Shown here: piece after piece, positions 17,098-26,617 of the stretch
Numbering within the stretch: the stretch's first letter is position 1
Layout: every line of letters begins with the position of its first letter
Source of the DNA: an uncultured bacterium
GTDB taxonomy: Bacteria; Zixibacteria; MSB-5A5; UBA10806
DNA: 64,000 nt
NCBI GenBank assembly: GCA_965541585.1
Contig: CBEUCH010000003.1
Location: forward strand, 160,001 to 224,000
Reading direction: 5' to 3'
The notes under the pieces: model-generated
The model's input: the letters and a program-made list of their open reading frames with translations, nothing else
The model's database searches: none
What the model was told of the DNA's origin: nothing
Position numbers and translations under genes: made by a program

Positions 17098-18177
17098 ATG
17101 AAGAAATTTCTCATTATCGGAGCGGTTATAGTCCTGCTGGCCGGGGTTGCCTACCTGGCATTTGGTTCCTCCAAGGAGGAGGAAAACGGCATAAAATTGG
17201 TGGAGGTTACGAAAGACACCATTGTAGACAAAGCCCTGGCTGTCGGCCAGCTGGAACCCCGACAGGAGATTCAGGTAAAATCAAAGATTTCGGGTATTGT
17301 CAAAACTCTTCATGTTGATATTGGCGACGACGTCAGGGCGGGCGATCGCTTAATCACAGTTTCACCTAATCCTACGCCCCTGGAGTATTCAGAGGCCAAG
17401 CGGAGGCTGGAATTGGCCGATGTTGACTTTGTCAACGCTCAGAAGATATTCAACCGGCAAAAGGAGCTTTTTGAAAAGGACCTTTCAAGCCAGCAGCAGT
17501 TCGATATCAACAAGGCCGAATTCGATAACGCCATGCTGAACAAACAGCTCGCCCAGGAGAGATTCGATCTGCTTCAAAAGGGGGTAACGGTAGACGGCAA
17601 AAACGAGAACACTATCATCTCGCCTATCGATGGCACGATTCTGGAGAAGCTGGTAAATGAGGGCGACCCGGTGGTCCCGTTAACTTCCTACCAGGCGGGA
17701 ACTCCCCTTTTGACTCTGGCCCCGATGGAGGAACTTGTCTTCAAGGGCACTGTGGACGAGATCGACGTGGGCAAACTCATATCGGGCATGAAGACCGATA
17801 TCAAAGTGGGGGCTCTTCCGGGCGAAGAAATAACTGGTATTCTGTCCAAAATTTCTCCCAAAGCCAAAAAGCAGGATAATACGACCCTCTTTGATATTGA
17901 AATCGAGGTTACGGACCAGGGTGAGAAAACCCTTCGCGCCGGTTATTCGGCCAATGCCGATATTATTATCAGCAAGAAGGACAGTATTCTGGTCATCCCC
18001 GAGCGTTTGGTTACCTTTGCAGAAGATACCGTCCGTGTTGAGGTGCAGGATTCCCTGGGCAATATCGAATTCAGGGATATAGAGGTCGGATTATCGGATG
18101 GTCTGAATATCGAGGTCGTCAGTGGCCTTGCCTTGGGTGAAAAAGTAGTGGAAAGGCCTCCCAAGGAGATCGAGTGA
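17098..18177 (+). CDS. Periplasmic adaptor (MacA/YknX-like membrane fusion protein)
   Basis: N-terminal TM, VKSKISGIV, ISPIDGTI, VDEIDVGK, VEVGLSDG-like tail; AAGGAG RBS. Confidence 0.9.
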   Translation: MKKFLIIGAVIVLLAGVAYLAFGSSKEEENGIKLVEVTKDTIVDKALAVGQLEPRQEIQVKSKISGIVKTLHVDIGDDVRAGDRLITVSPNPTPLEYSEAKRRLELADVDFVNAQKIFNRQKELFEKDLSSQQQFDINKAEFDNAMLNKQLAQERFDLLQKGVTVDGKNENTIISPIDGTILEKLVNEGDPVVPLTSYQAGTPLLTLAPMEELVFKGTVDEIDVGKLISGMKTDIKVGALPGEEITGILSKISPKAKKQDNTTLFDIEIEVTDQGEKTLRAGYSANADIIISKKDSILVIPERLVTFAEDTVRVEVQDSLGNIEFRDIEVGLSDGLNIEVVSGLALGEKVVERPPKEIE

Positions 18178-18178
18178 T

Positions 18179-19411
18179 TTGAAGTTATTGATAATATTCA
18201 AGCAGTTTCTGCAGGACATCAGAAAGCAGAAACTGCGAACCTCTCTTACAACCTTTGGCATATTGTGGGGGACGGCTGCCACGATCATACTGGTTTCATT
18301 CGGGGAGGGTCTTCATCAATATCAGAAGAAGAGATTTCATGGTCTTGGCAACAGAATAACTATCGTTTGGCCGGGAACCACGTCGAAACCGTTCAAGGGG
18401 CTTCCCAAGAGCCGCACCATCCGCTTCACGGACGATGACGTCGATATGCTGAAAAGAGAGGTTCGCGGGATATCGCTGGCCTCTCCGGAATACAGCCGAA
18501 GCGCCCCGATAACATACGAGCGCAAGACGCTTTCGCAGAATTTGAAAGGCGTATATCCTGAGTGGGGCCTCATGCGCAATATCATTCCGGAGGCCGGTGG
18601 GAGATTCATAAATGAAATCGATCATCAATACCGTAAGAGGGTTGTTTTCCTGGGGACGAGGATCAGGGATAAACTGTTTGGCGAGGAAGTCAATCCGGTT
18701 GGCAAGCATGTGATTATTAAGGGAGTACCGTTTCTGGTCGTTGGTGTAATGAAGGATAAACAACAGAATTCGTCCTACAGCGGTCGTGACAGGCATAATA
18801 TGTTTGTTGCCTCCTCCACGTTCAAGACGATGTTCGACAGGCGGTACCCGAATAATATGGTATATCAGGTGCCCGAGGGGATCAGTTCGAGGGCGGTTTT
18901 AAAGAGAGTATTTGGAGTTTTGGGCCGGAAATACAAGTTCGATCCCGACGATGAAGAGGCGCTTAGTGTCTGGGATACAATCAAATCAGAAGAGGTCTGG
19001 CAACCGTTCTTCGAGGGTTTTAAACTTTTCCTGGGAATTATAGGTGTGTTTACTCTGATAGTGGGGGGAATTGGCACGGCGAATATCATGTATGTTGTTG
19101 TCAAGGAACGAACCAAAGAAATAGGAATTAAGATGGCGCTGGGCGCGACACGCGCCCATATAATGGGGCAGATAATATTTGAATCAATATTGATTACCGC
19201 TGTAGGAGGGTCGTGCGGATTTCTTGTGGCAAAGCTTTTCGAAAAGGGATTTCCTCAGATCGGCCTGACAGAATACGTGGGCGATCCGATAATCGCCGCC
19301 GAGGCCGTGATCGCGACAATCGGAATAATCGGCACTATCGGCTTTTTAGCCGGCTTTTTCCCGGCCCGGAGGGCGTCGAGGCTAAATCCCGTGGAGGCTT
19401 TGAGGCTTTAG
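18179..19411 (+). CDS. ABC transporter permease (MacB/FtsX family)
   Basis: RTSLTTFGILWG; GIGTANIMYVVVKERTKEIG; PARRASRLNPVEALR. Confidence 0.9.
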   Translation: MKLLIIFKQFLQDIRKQKLRTSLTTFGILWGTAATIILVSFGEGLHQYQKKRFHGLGNRITIVWPGTTSKPFKGLPKSRTIRFTDDDVDMLKREVRGISLASPEYSRSAPITYERKTLSQNLKGVYPEWGLMRNIIPEAGGRFINEIDHQYRKRVVFLGTRIRDKLFGEEVNPVGKHVIIKGVPFLVVGVMKDKQQNSSYSGRDRHNMFVASSTFKTMFDRRYPNNMVYQVPEGISSRAVLKRVFGVLGRKYKFDPDDEEALSVWDTIKSEEVWQPFFEGFKLFLGIIGVFTLIVGGIGTANIMYVVVKERTKEIGIKMALGATRAHIMGQIIFESILITAVGGSCGFLVAKLFEKGFPQIGLTEYVGDPIIAAEAVIATIGIIGTIGFLAGFFPARRASRLNPVEALRL

Positions 19412-19412
19412 T

Positions 19413-20681
19413 ATGAGGATTCTAACCTACAAGCTGCTTTTATTCCTGAAGCTCATCGGGCGGGAATTTAAAGCTCAAAAACTCAGGATGGGCTTGACGA
19501 TCCTGGCTATCACCTGGGGTACGATTTCCATTACACTCCTGATGGCCTTCAGCGTCGGTCTGGATCAGCAGTTTGCCAAGGCGAGGCAAGGACTTGGCGA
19601 TGGCATAGTAATAGTCTGGGGCGGGCAAACGTCATTGCCCTATCAGGGGCTGCCCCAGGGCAGGAGAATTAGTTTCCGAACCGAATCGGGGATCATAGAT
19701 TTGATCAAATCCCGGGTTGTCGGTATTGATATGGTGGCCGGCGAGTTTTTGAGATGGGGGCAGACCCTGGAATATGGAAAAAAACAGATCAATAAACTCG
19801 TATGTGGTACATATCCGGAATATGAAGTTATGCGAGCCCACTACGCAAAAGCGGGTGGTCGATTTATTAACAAAAAAGATATGGATCTTAAAAGGCGGGT
19901 CATCTATCTGGGAACCAAGGTGGCTGAGGAGCTTTTCGACGAGGGTGTAAATCCGGTGGGCGAGATGGTTAAGATCAACAGCATACCTTTTACAGTAATC
20001 GGGGTGATGATAGATAAATTGCAGGATTCCAACTACCATGGTCCGGACGACAATTACGTTGTGATTCCAGCCTCCACATTCTTGCTATTTTATGGCGACC
20101 CGTTTTTCGACAATCTGGTTTATAAGGTTGAAGACGGAATCGACTCGAAGGTTGTGGAGAAAGACTTATTCCGGGTACTGGGCGCGAAATACAGATTCGA
20201 TCCGGAGGATGAGAGTGCGTTATGGATATGGGATACCGTTGAGGGGGAGAAAATCTCAAGAAAAGTGTTTCTGGGGATTACTATTTTCATGTGGTTTATC
20301 GGTGGCATGACTCTCCTCATCGCCGGAATCGGTGTGGCGAATATCATGTATGTTGCGGTTCGCGAAAGAACAAAGGAAATAGGCACCAAGATAGCTTTGG
20401 GGGCCGAGAGAAGGCATATCATTTTCCAGTTTATGACCGAAGCGCTTTCAATCGCGTTCGTCGGGGGTATTGTCGGAATAGGGTTCAGCGTGGCAATATG
20501 CGCGCTATTTAGATTATTGCCTATGGAAGGCGCCCTTGAATTCATGGGTAAGCCGACCGTGAACTGGATTGTAGCCTTCACCACTGTCTTTACTTTATCA
20601 TTTATCGGGCTGTTTGCCGGCCTGTTTCCTGCCCGGAAAGCGGCGTCCATTAACCCTGTAGAAGCATTGAGGTATGAATAA
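19413..20681 (+). CDS. ABC transporter permease (MacB/FtsX family), paralog of previous gene
   Basis: GIGVANIMYVAVRERTKEIG; PARKAASINPVEALRYE. Confidence 0.9.
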   Translation: MRILTYKLLLFLKLIGREFKAQKLRMGLTILAITWGTISITLLMAFSVGLDQQFAKARQGLGDGIVIVWGGQTSLPYQGLPQGRRISFRTESGIIDLIKSRVVGIDMVAGEFLRWGQTLEYGKKQINKLVCGTYPEYEVMRAHYAKAGGRFINKKDMDLKRRVIYLGTKVAEELFDEGVNPVGEMVKINSIPFTVIGVMIDKLQDSNYHGPDDNYVVIPASTFLLFYGDPFFDNLVYKVEDGIDSKVVEKDLFRVLGAKYRFDPEDESALWIWDTVEGEKISRKVFLGITIFMWFIGGMTLLIAGIGVANIMYVAVRERTKEIGTKIALGAERRHIIFQFMTEALSIAFVGGIVGIGFSVAICALFRLLPMEGALEFMGKPTVNWIVAFTTVFTLSFIGLFAGLFPARKAASINPVEALRYE

Positions 20682-21377
20682 ATGAATAACGGAACACTTG
20701 CATCACTCTCGGGAATCACCAAGGTCTATCGAACCGGCAAGGTGGAGGTCAGGGCCTTAGGTGGTGTAGATCTCGATATAAAAAGAGGCGAGTTTGTTGC
20801 CATCATCGGACCATCCGGCTCGGGCAAATCGACCCTTATGAACATCATAGGATGCCTTGATACTCCTACATCCGGCACTTATGTTCTGGACGGCCAGCCG
20901 GTGGCGGATATGGGGATTCACGAATTGGCCTCCATCAGGAATAAAAAGATAGGTTTCATTTTCCAGAATTTCAACTTGCTGGCCTATGCCACCGCTTATG
21001 AAAATGTCGAGTTGCCATTGATTTTTGCGGGAGCTCCGGGTCCGGTTCGCAAAGAAAAAGTTATGCACAGTCTATCGGTGGTGGGGCTGGCCGATAGAGC
21101 GGAACACAAGCCCACGGAATTATCGGGCGGTGAAATGCAGCGGGTTGCCATCGCCAGGGCGCTGGCCAACGATCCGGAAGTCATACTTGCCGATGAACCC
21201 ACTGGAAATCTCGATACCAAATCCGGCCAGGAGATCATCTCAATATTCGAGAGGCTGAATTCAATGGGCAGATCGGTGGTTACAATCACCCATGATATGA
21301 CCATCGCCAGTCGATGTCATAGAATCGTGCGTATCAGGGATGGTCTTATCGAATCGAATAAAGAAAACGGCGAATAG
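20682..21377 (+). CDS. ABC transporter ATP-binding protein (MacB/LolD-like)
   Basis: [26 protein letters not shown]. Confidence 0.93.
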   Translation: MNNGTLASLSGITKVYRTGKVEVRALGGVDLDIKRGEFVAIIGPSGSGKSTLMNIIGCLDTPTSGTYVLDGQPVADMGIHELASIRNKKIGFIFQNFNLLAYATAYENVELPLIFAGAPGPVRKEKVMHSLSVVGLADRAEHKPTELSGGEMQRVAIARALANDPEVILADEPTGNLDTKSGQEIISIFERLNSMGRSVVTITHDMTIASRCHRIVRIRDGLIESNKENGE

Positions 21378-21526
21378 ACGGATTTAAACGATAGTTGATA
21401 TTTCTTTTCGTGCAGGATGAAAACTCAACATAAAAGACTGTTTCGGTTTGCATATTAACTGATTGTAATATATGATGATAACGTGACCATATTTGCTGCA
21501 ATATCTACTATTGAGAGGATTCTCAG

Positions 21527-21958
21527 ATGGTTCTAACATTCCTGACTAAATACCGGGATGCCGGATTGCTGACACTTCGAGTTGGACTCGGCATAATGTA
21601 TATGTTTCATGGCGCTCCGAAAATGTTCGGCGGGCCGGAGAGGTGGGGAAAGCTGGGAATGGCCATGGGCAATTTCGGGATCGATTTTCTCCCGGCATTC
21701 TGGGGATTCATGGCCGCATTTTCTGAGTTTTTTGGAGGCATTCTCTTGATATTGGGGCTGTTCTTTCGACCCGCATGTATATTGTTGACTATCACCATGA
21801 TTGTAGCGGCGGGTTTCCATGTAGGGAGGGGCGACGGTCTAATGGGAGCCTCGCATGCTATCGAGAACGGTATAGTATTATTAAGCTTGATACTCATCGG
21901 ACCCGGCAAAGTCAGTCTGGATAAATGGCTTAGTCGGGACAGCGATAATAATACATAG
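21527..21958 (+). CDS. DoxX family membrane protein
   Basis: LRVGLG...HGAPK, EFFGGILLILGLFFRPA, GPGKVSLD. Confidence 0.9.
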   Translation: MVLTFLTKYRDAGLLTLRVGLGIMYMFHGAPKMFGGPERWGKLGMAMGNFGIDFLPAFWGFMAAFSEFFGGILLILGLFFRPACILLTITMIVAAGFHVGRGDGLMGASHAIENGIVLLSLILIGPGKVSLDKWLSRDSDNNT

Positions 21959-22084
21959 AATAGTATTTATAGATATCCCGGTATCCCGCCTTTTGCGAGC
22001 GGCTGTTTGTATAATTTAAAATCCTTGCTTAATCTCCATTTCCCGATATCTTGAAATCAGGGATAGTATTCACCCGGAATAGAT

Positions 22085-24805
22085 ATGAAAAAGCACTCGA
22101 AAGCTGACAGCGGGATAGAAGGAAAGGCCGGGGCGTCCGAGAAATCCTCGGCGAAACTCCATCAAGCCGAAAAAGAGCTGCAATACCGCCTCGAATTTGC
22201 CAAACTGATATCATCAGTTTCCGCAAAGCTCGTCGGTTTCAAGCCCCAACAATTTAAGCGTGTGACCGATTGGGTTTTGAAAAAGATCGGTGAATTCGCG
22301 GGGGTGGATAGATGCTATATCGTTTTGTTCTCCGAGGGAAGGGCCAACCCACAGGATATCCACGTTTGGCGCGCAAGCGGCGTAGCAAAGATCCATATAG
22401 ATGAGCAGGGGTTTTCATTTGACTCGTTTCCGTGGGCTATGGGGAAACTAAAGAAACTCGAGCATATCCGGATTTTGAACAAACAGGATCTTCCCTCAAG
22501 CGCAAAAGCCGAGAGAGATGTATTTGAACGTTTCGGCGTCGATTCACTGCTGGTGATACCGGTCGCCTGTGAGAGCAGACTTATAGGCTGCCTGGGCTTC
22601 ACCTCGCGACATGATAAAAGAATGTGGGACGATGATATCATCGCGCTTTTAAGAATGCTGGGAGAATCGTTTGCCAATGCTTACGAGAGAAAAAAAATTG
22701 AAGAAGATCTGAGGGAAAGCGAGGAAAAATTCAAAAGAATTGTCGAGCGGAATTTCGATATGATATTCACTGCTGATTTACAGGGAAGACTCACGTATGC
22801 CTCGCCATCGGTCGAGAGAGTGCTCGGCTATCACGCGGATGAGATGATTGGAAAACTCACAACGGATTTCGCCTCCGAGATCGAAATCCCCGGGGTTATT
22901 CAATCTTTCAAGGATATAGCAAAGGGAAAAGAGGTTGAAGGTCAACAGCTATCGCTTGTTAGAAAGAATGGTACTATTGCACACATTGAGCTTAACAGTT
23001 CTCCTATTTACAGGGATGGAAAAATCGTCGGGGCTACAGCTATAGGCAGAGATATCACCGAGCGCAAACTGGCTGAGGAAGCTCTGCGCGAAAGCGAGGA
23101 GAAATTCCGCAACCTTGCTGAATATTCTCTTCAAGGGATCATTATCTCGCGAGATGGCAAGAATCTTTACGCTAACAGAAGCCTGGCAGAGATTCTGGAG
23201 ACTACCGTGGAGGATATACTGGAAACTCCCACGAGAGAATTGTTAAGTAAACTTGTAGATCCTTCCTTTGAGAGTATGGTAACTGCCTTGTTCAAGTCCC
23301 GCCAGAAGGGGATCAGCGTTCCTCCTCGCTACGAAATCAAAATTAGGTCTTGCAAGGGCAGCGAGCGCTGGGTGGAAATTTTCGTGACCAGTATCACGCA
23401 TAGGGATGAATTGGCTCAATATGCCGTAATTGTCGACATCACAAAACGCAAGCAAGCACAAGAGGCTCTGCGCGAAAGCGAAGAAAAATACCGTCTGCTG
23501 ATCGAAAATGCAGGGGAAGCAATATTTTCGGTGGACTATGACGGTGTTTTTCTGGTGATGAATAAAATGGCGGCGCGATACTTGGACGGAGAACCCGAGG
23601 GATTTATTGGCAAAACCATGTGGGATATTTTCCCCGAGGGAATCTCAGATAGACAGTTAGACTCGATCAGACAAACGATCAGGTATAATAGGAGCCAGGT
23701 AAAAGAGGAAATGACCCTGGTCAAAGGAAAAGAAAGATGGTTCAGAACGAGCATACATCCCATTTATGATTCAAACGGCCAGGCGAATGCCGCCCAGCTG
23801 ATCGCCCATGATATTACTAAAGAGCGCCAGATAGATATCCGTAATGCTGCGAGAATGAGACTCCTGGATAATCTCAGGAATGCGAAGGACATCGACCAAT
23901 GCCTGAAATACGGCTGTGAAGCTCTTGACGACGCGCGGCTATTCAAGCGGGCCGTTCTTACATTGAACGATCAGGATCGGCGGATTACGCATCTCGGACA
24001 GTTCGGACTGGAAGACAATCTCGTCTCTGATGCGAAAAACTCTCCCCCTCTTGGAAAAGAAGTCGTTAAGAAAATCGTCCGGGGAAAATACAAAATCAGC
24101 CACTCATTTTTTGTTCCTGTGGAAAATGGTGTAAATCTAGAAAAATCAGGCAGATACATACGGCAGAAGAAACGCAAAGCCAGTGACGATTCGTTTTGGC
24201 AGGCGGGAGATGAACTCTTTGTACCTATGCTGGGCAATGACGGTAAGTTTGAAGGCTGGCTTTCGGTCGACACACCATTTGATGGAGAAAGACCGTCATC
24301 CTATACAGTGAGATTTCTGGAAGAAGTAGTCGATATCGTCACCCAGCAGATACAGGAAATCCAGAGTCGGGAAAAACTGGATCTGGAACGACAGGCCCTT
24401 AAGGAAAAAAACATCGCTCTTAATGAAGTTCTGGCGTATATCGAAGAAGAGAAAATGGAAATTAAACGGCGGATAACTGAGAGCATTGATAATATCCTTC
24501 TCCCGATCCTGAGCAAGCTTGCAGATGAAAGCAAAGTCATTGATCCAGCATATGTAGATCTTCTTAAGAGTGGTCTTATCGACCTTGCTTCTCCGTCCGG
24601 AGGATCTCAGCACGTCTATTCGAAGCTATCTTCCAGGGAAAAGGAGATCTGTATCATGATAGGGGATTTTGCGACGAATAAGGACATTGCGAAAGCCCTT
24701 AAGATCAGGGTAAATACGGTTCGGAAACATCGTGAGGCGATTAGACGTAAACTTGGCCTGACTAACAGGAAGATTAATCTTGCAGCTTATCTGAATAGCG
24801 GTTAA
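22085..24805 (+). CDS. One-component regulator: GAF + three PAS/PAC + GAF-like + C-terminal LuxR HTH
   Basis: Three LRESEEK(F/Y) PAS linkers with DIT motifs; LSSREKEIC...NKDIAKAL...TVRKHREAIRRKLG; no kinase or receiver domain. Confidence 0.88.
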   Translation: MKKHSKADSGIEGKAGASEKSSAKLHQAEKELQYRLEFAKLISSVSAKLVGFKPQQFKRVTDWVLKKIGEFAGVDRCYIVLFSEGRANPQDIHVWRASGVAKIHIDEQGFSFDSFPWAMGKLKKLEHIRILNKQDLPSSAKAERDVFERFGVDSLLVIPVACESRLIGCLGFTSRHDKRMWDDDIIALLRMLGESFANAYERKKIEEDLRESEEKFKRIVERNFDMIFTADLQGRLTYASPSVERVLGYHADEMIGKLTTDFASEIEIPGVIQSFKDIAKGKEVEGQQLSLVRKNGTIAHIELNSSPIYRDGKIVGATAIGRDITERKLAEEALRESEEKFRNLAEYSLQGIIISRDGKNLYANRSLAEILETTVEDILETPTRELLSKLVDPSFESMVTALFKSRQKGISVPPRYEIKIRSCKGSERWVEIFVTSITHRDELAQYAVIVDITKRKQAQEALRESEEKYRLLIENAGEAIFSVDYDGVFLVMNKMAARYLDGEPEGFIGKTMWDIFPEGISDRQLDSIRQTIRYNRSQVKEEMTLVKGKERWFRTSIHPIYDSNGQANAAQLIAHDITKERQIDIRNAARMRLLDNLRNAKDIDQCLKYGCEALDDARLFKRAVLTLNDQDRRITHLGQFGLEDNLVSDAKNSPPLGKEVVKKIVRGKYKISHSFFVPVENGVNLEKSGRYIRQKKRKASDDSFWQAGDELFVPMLGNDGKFEGWLSVDTPFDGERPSSYTVRFLEEVVDIVTQQIQEIQSREKLDLERQALKEKNIALNEVLAYIEEEKMEIKRRITESIDNILLPILSKLADESKVIDPAYVDLLKSGLIDLASPSGGSQHVYSKLSSREKEICIMIGDFATNKDIAKALKIRVNTVRKHREAIRRKLGLTNRKINLAAYLNSG

Positions 24806-24840
24806 TGCGTATATCTATATACGCATTTATTACGTATTTA
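24804..24840. promoter_or_regulatory. Palindromic operator-like site plus direct repeat
   Basis: AATGCGTATAT-CT-ATATACGCATT; TACG(C/T)ATTTA at 24820 and 24831. Confidence 0.6.
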
Positions 24841-24847
24841 ATTAGTA

Positions 24848-24875
24848 TTGACAAATAACTGTAAATCCCTATAAT
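24848..24875 (+). promoter_or_regulatory. Consensus sigma70 promoter
   Basis: TTGACA-N16-TATAAT. Confidence 0.75.
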
Positions 24876-24881
24876 TGTTTT

Positions 24882-25011
24882 GGGTGAGTTAAAAGATCCT
24901 CCTTTACGAGGAAATCGGAGAAATCAGGCCCAAAGGGAAGCAATTCCCGGGGGGAAGAAACCGGGCCGTGAGCCGGGTCATCTTTGCTTCGCAGATGACC
25001 CGGCATTTTTT
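24882..25011 (+). ncRNA. Candidate structured small RNA or attenuating leader, family not recognised
   Basis: Lies between consensus promoter and strong terminator; several stems incl. GGGAA-GCAA-TTCCC; no credible ORF. Confidence 0.55.
24972..25011 (+). terminator. Strong intrinsic terminator
   Basis: GCCGGGTCATCT...AGATGACCCGGC (12 bp) + ATTTTTT. Confidence 0.85.
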
Positions 25012-25113
25012 ATCAAAACTGTCATCCGTGGCTCTTGGCTCCCCGGATGTGAACCTGATTTAGCCCTCTTCTTTTTGGCATAGACTTCTATCCTCCGTGG
25101 CCCCATTAATCGC

Positions 25114-25142
25114 TTGAATTTAAATCCGATAAGATATATCAT
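25114..25142 (+). promoter_or_regulatory. Possible sigma70 promoter of the antiporter
   Basis: TTGAAT-N17-TATCAT. Confidence 0.45.
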
Positions 25143-25171
25143 CCACGAAATTTATAGGAGAGGTGCGGCAG

Positions 25172-26566
25172 ATGACAAAAAAAAGGATAATTCTAATAGC
25201 GCTCATTTTCATAATACCTATCATGTTGATAACTTCTTCGGGAGCTAATCAAAATGTCAGTATACATGATTCTGCGGATTCTGCTGACGGCCAGTTACAG
25301 TCTGCCGAGAGTATATCTGAAACTGCTCCGGGCGAGGAGGAGGGCGGGGTTGGCCCGATTTTGTTTTCTCTGATCATAATCCTTCTGGCCGCCAAATTCG
25401 GCGGTGACCTGGTCGAACGAATGAAACAGCCTGCCGTCTTGGGCGAATTGATTTTCGGGATGATCATAGGGAACCTCGCGCTTCTGGGAATACACGTATT
25501 CGAGCCTCTCAAGCATCATATTACGATAGAAATTCTAGCCGAGATCGGAGTCATCATCTTGCTTTTCGAGGTCGGTCTGGAATCGAGTTTAAAGGAGATG
25601 CTCTCTGTAGGACTGACGTCATTCTTTGTAGCTTTGATTGGAGTTGTAATTCCTTTTCTGCTGGGTTGGGGCGTTTCGGCCATGTTTTTCCCGGCGGAGT
25701 CAATTTTTGTTCACATATTTATTGGGGCTACTCTGACCGCAACGTCTGTGGGCATTACGGCCAGAGTCTTGAAAGACATACACAAAATCCGAACGCGGGA
25801 AGCAAAGATCGTCCTCGGTGCGGCAGTCATCGATGATATACTCGGCCTGGTGGTGCTGGCGGTTGTAGTTGGTGTAATCGGAGCTCATAATACCGGCGGA
25901 AGCCTGTCGTCGCTGAGGATTCTCTGGATTGTGGCAAAGGCGTTTTTGTTTATTTTCGGCGCGCTTGTAATTGGCACGCTGCTGGCGCCGCATTTTTTTA
26001 GGATGGCCTCGAAATTGAGAGCCCAGTCGATACTGATCACGTTTTCCCTGATGTTTTGCTTCGTCTTCGCCCTGGCCGCCGACAGGATGGGTTTGGCGCC
26101 CATCGTTGGCGCCTTTGCAGCCGGAATGATACTTTCAGGCATTAACTTTGAAGACATATTCCTTCATGAGCAAAGAAAACTGGAGGATCTGCTTCAGCCG
26201 ATTTCAGCATTTCTGGTGCCGATTTTCTTTGTCTATATGGGGATGAACGTCGATCTGTCTACTTTCGGGAATTATCAGGTGATTTCCTTCGCGTTGGTTC
26301 TTACCCTGGCAGCAATTATCGGCAAGCAAATATGCTCGCTGGCGGGGATTTTCGAGAAAAAGATCAACTCATGGGTCATCGGGGTCGGAATGATCCCCAG
26401 AGGGGAGGTCGGCCTGATCTTCGCCGGCATAGGCGCCAAACTGTATGTCGACGGCGCCAGGGTGGTCAGCCCGGACATCTATTCGGCTGTTATTATTATG
26501 GTTATGATCACAACTCTGGTGACTCCCCCTATTCTGAAACTATTGTTTGTTGACAAAGCCTCTTAG
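25172..26566 (+). CDS. Cation:proton antiporter (CPA2, NapA/KefB-like)
   Basis: QPAVLGEL, FEVGLES, ATSVGIT, AAVIDDILG, GMIPRGEV. Confidence 0.92.
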   Translation: MTKKRIILIALIFIIPIMLITSSGANQNVSIHDSADSADGQLQSAESISETAPGEEEGGVGPILFSLIIILLAAKFGGDLVERMKQPAVLGELIFGMIIGNLALLGIHVFEPLKHHITIEILAEIGVIILLFEVGLESSLKEMLSVGLTSFFVALIGVVIPFLLGWGVSAMFFPAESIFVHIFIGATLTATSVGITARVLKDIHKIRTREAKIVLGAAVIDDILGLVVLAVVVGVIGAHNTGGSLSSLRILWIVAKAFLFIFGALVIGTLLAPHFFRMASKLRAQSILITFSLMFCFVFALAADRMGLAPIVGAFAAGMILSGINFEDIFLHEQRKLEDLLQPISAFLVPIFFVYMGMNVDLSTFGNYQVISFALVLTLAAIIGKQICSLAGIFEKKINSWVIGVGMIPRGEVGLIFAGIGAKLYVDGARVVSPDIYSAVIIMVMITTLVTPPILKLLFVDKAS

Positions 26567-26617
26567 GTTTCATTTCTCAGGCTGAGTGTCGATATATTAT
26601 TTGGAAGGAATTGGTAT

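Noticed and set aside
24924..24943. SRP (4.5S) RNA from TCAGGCCCAAAGGGAAGCA
   Set aside because: Resembles domain IV, but the loop is not GNRA and the long enclosing helix is not evident; needs cmscan to exclude fully.
24880..25083. 67-aa ORF
   Set aside because: TTG start at the predicted TSS, no RBS, runs through a strong terminator.
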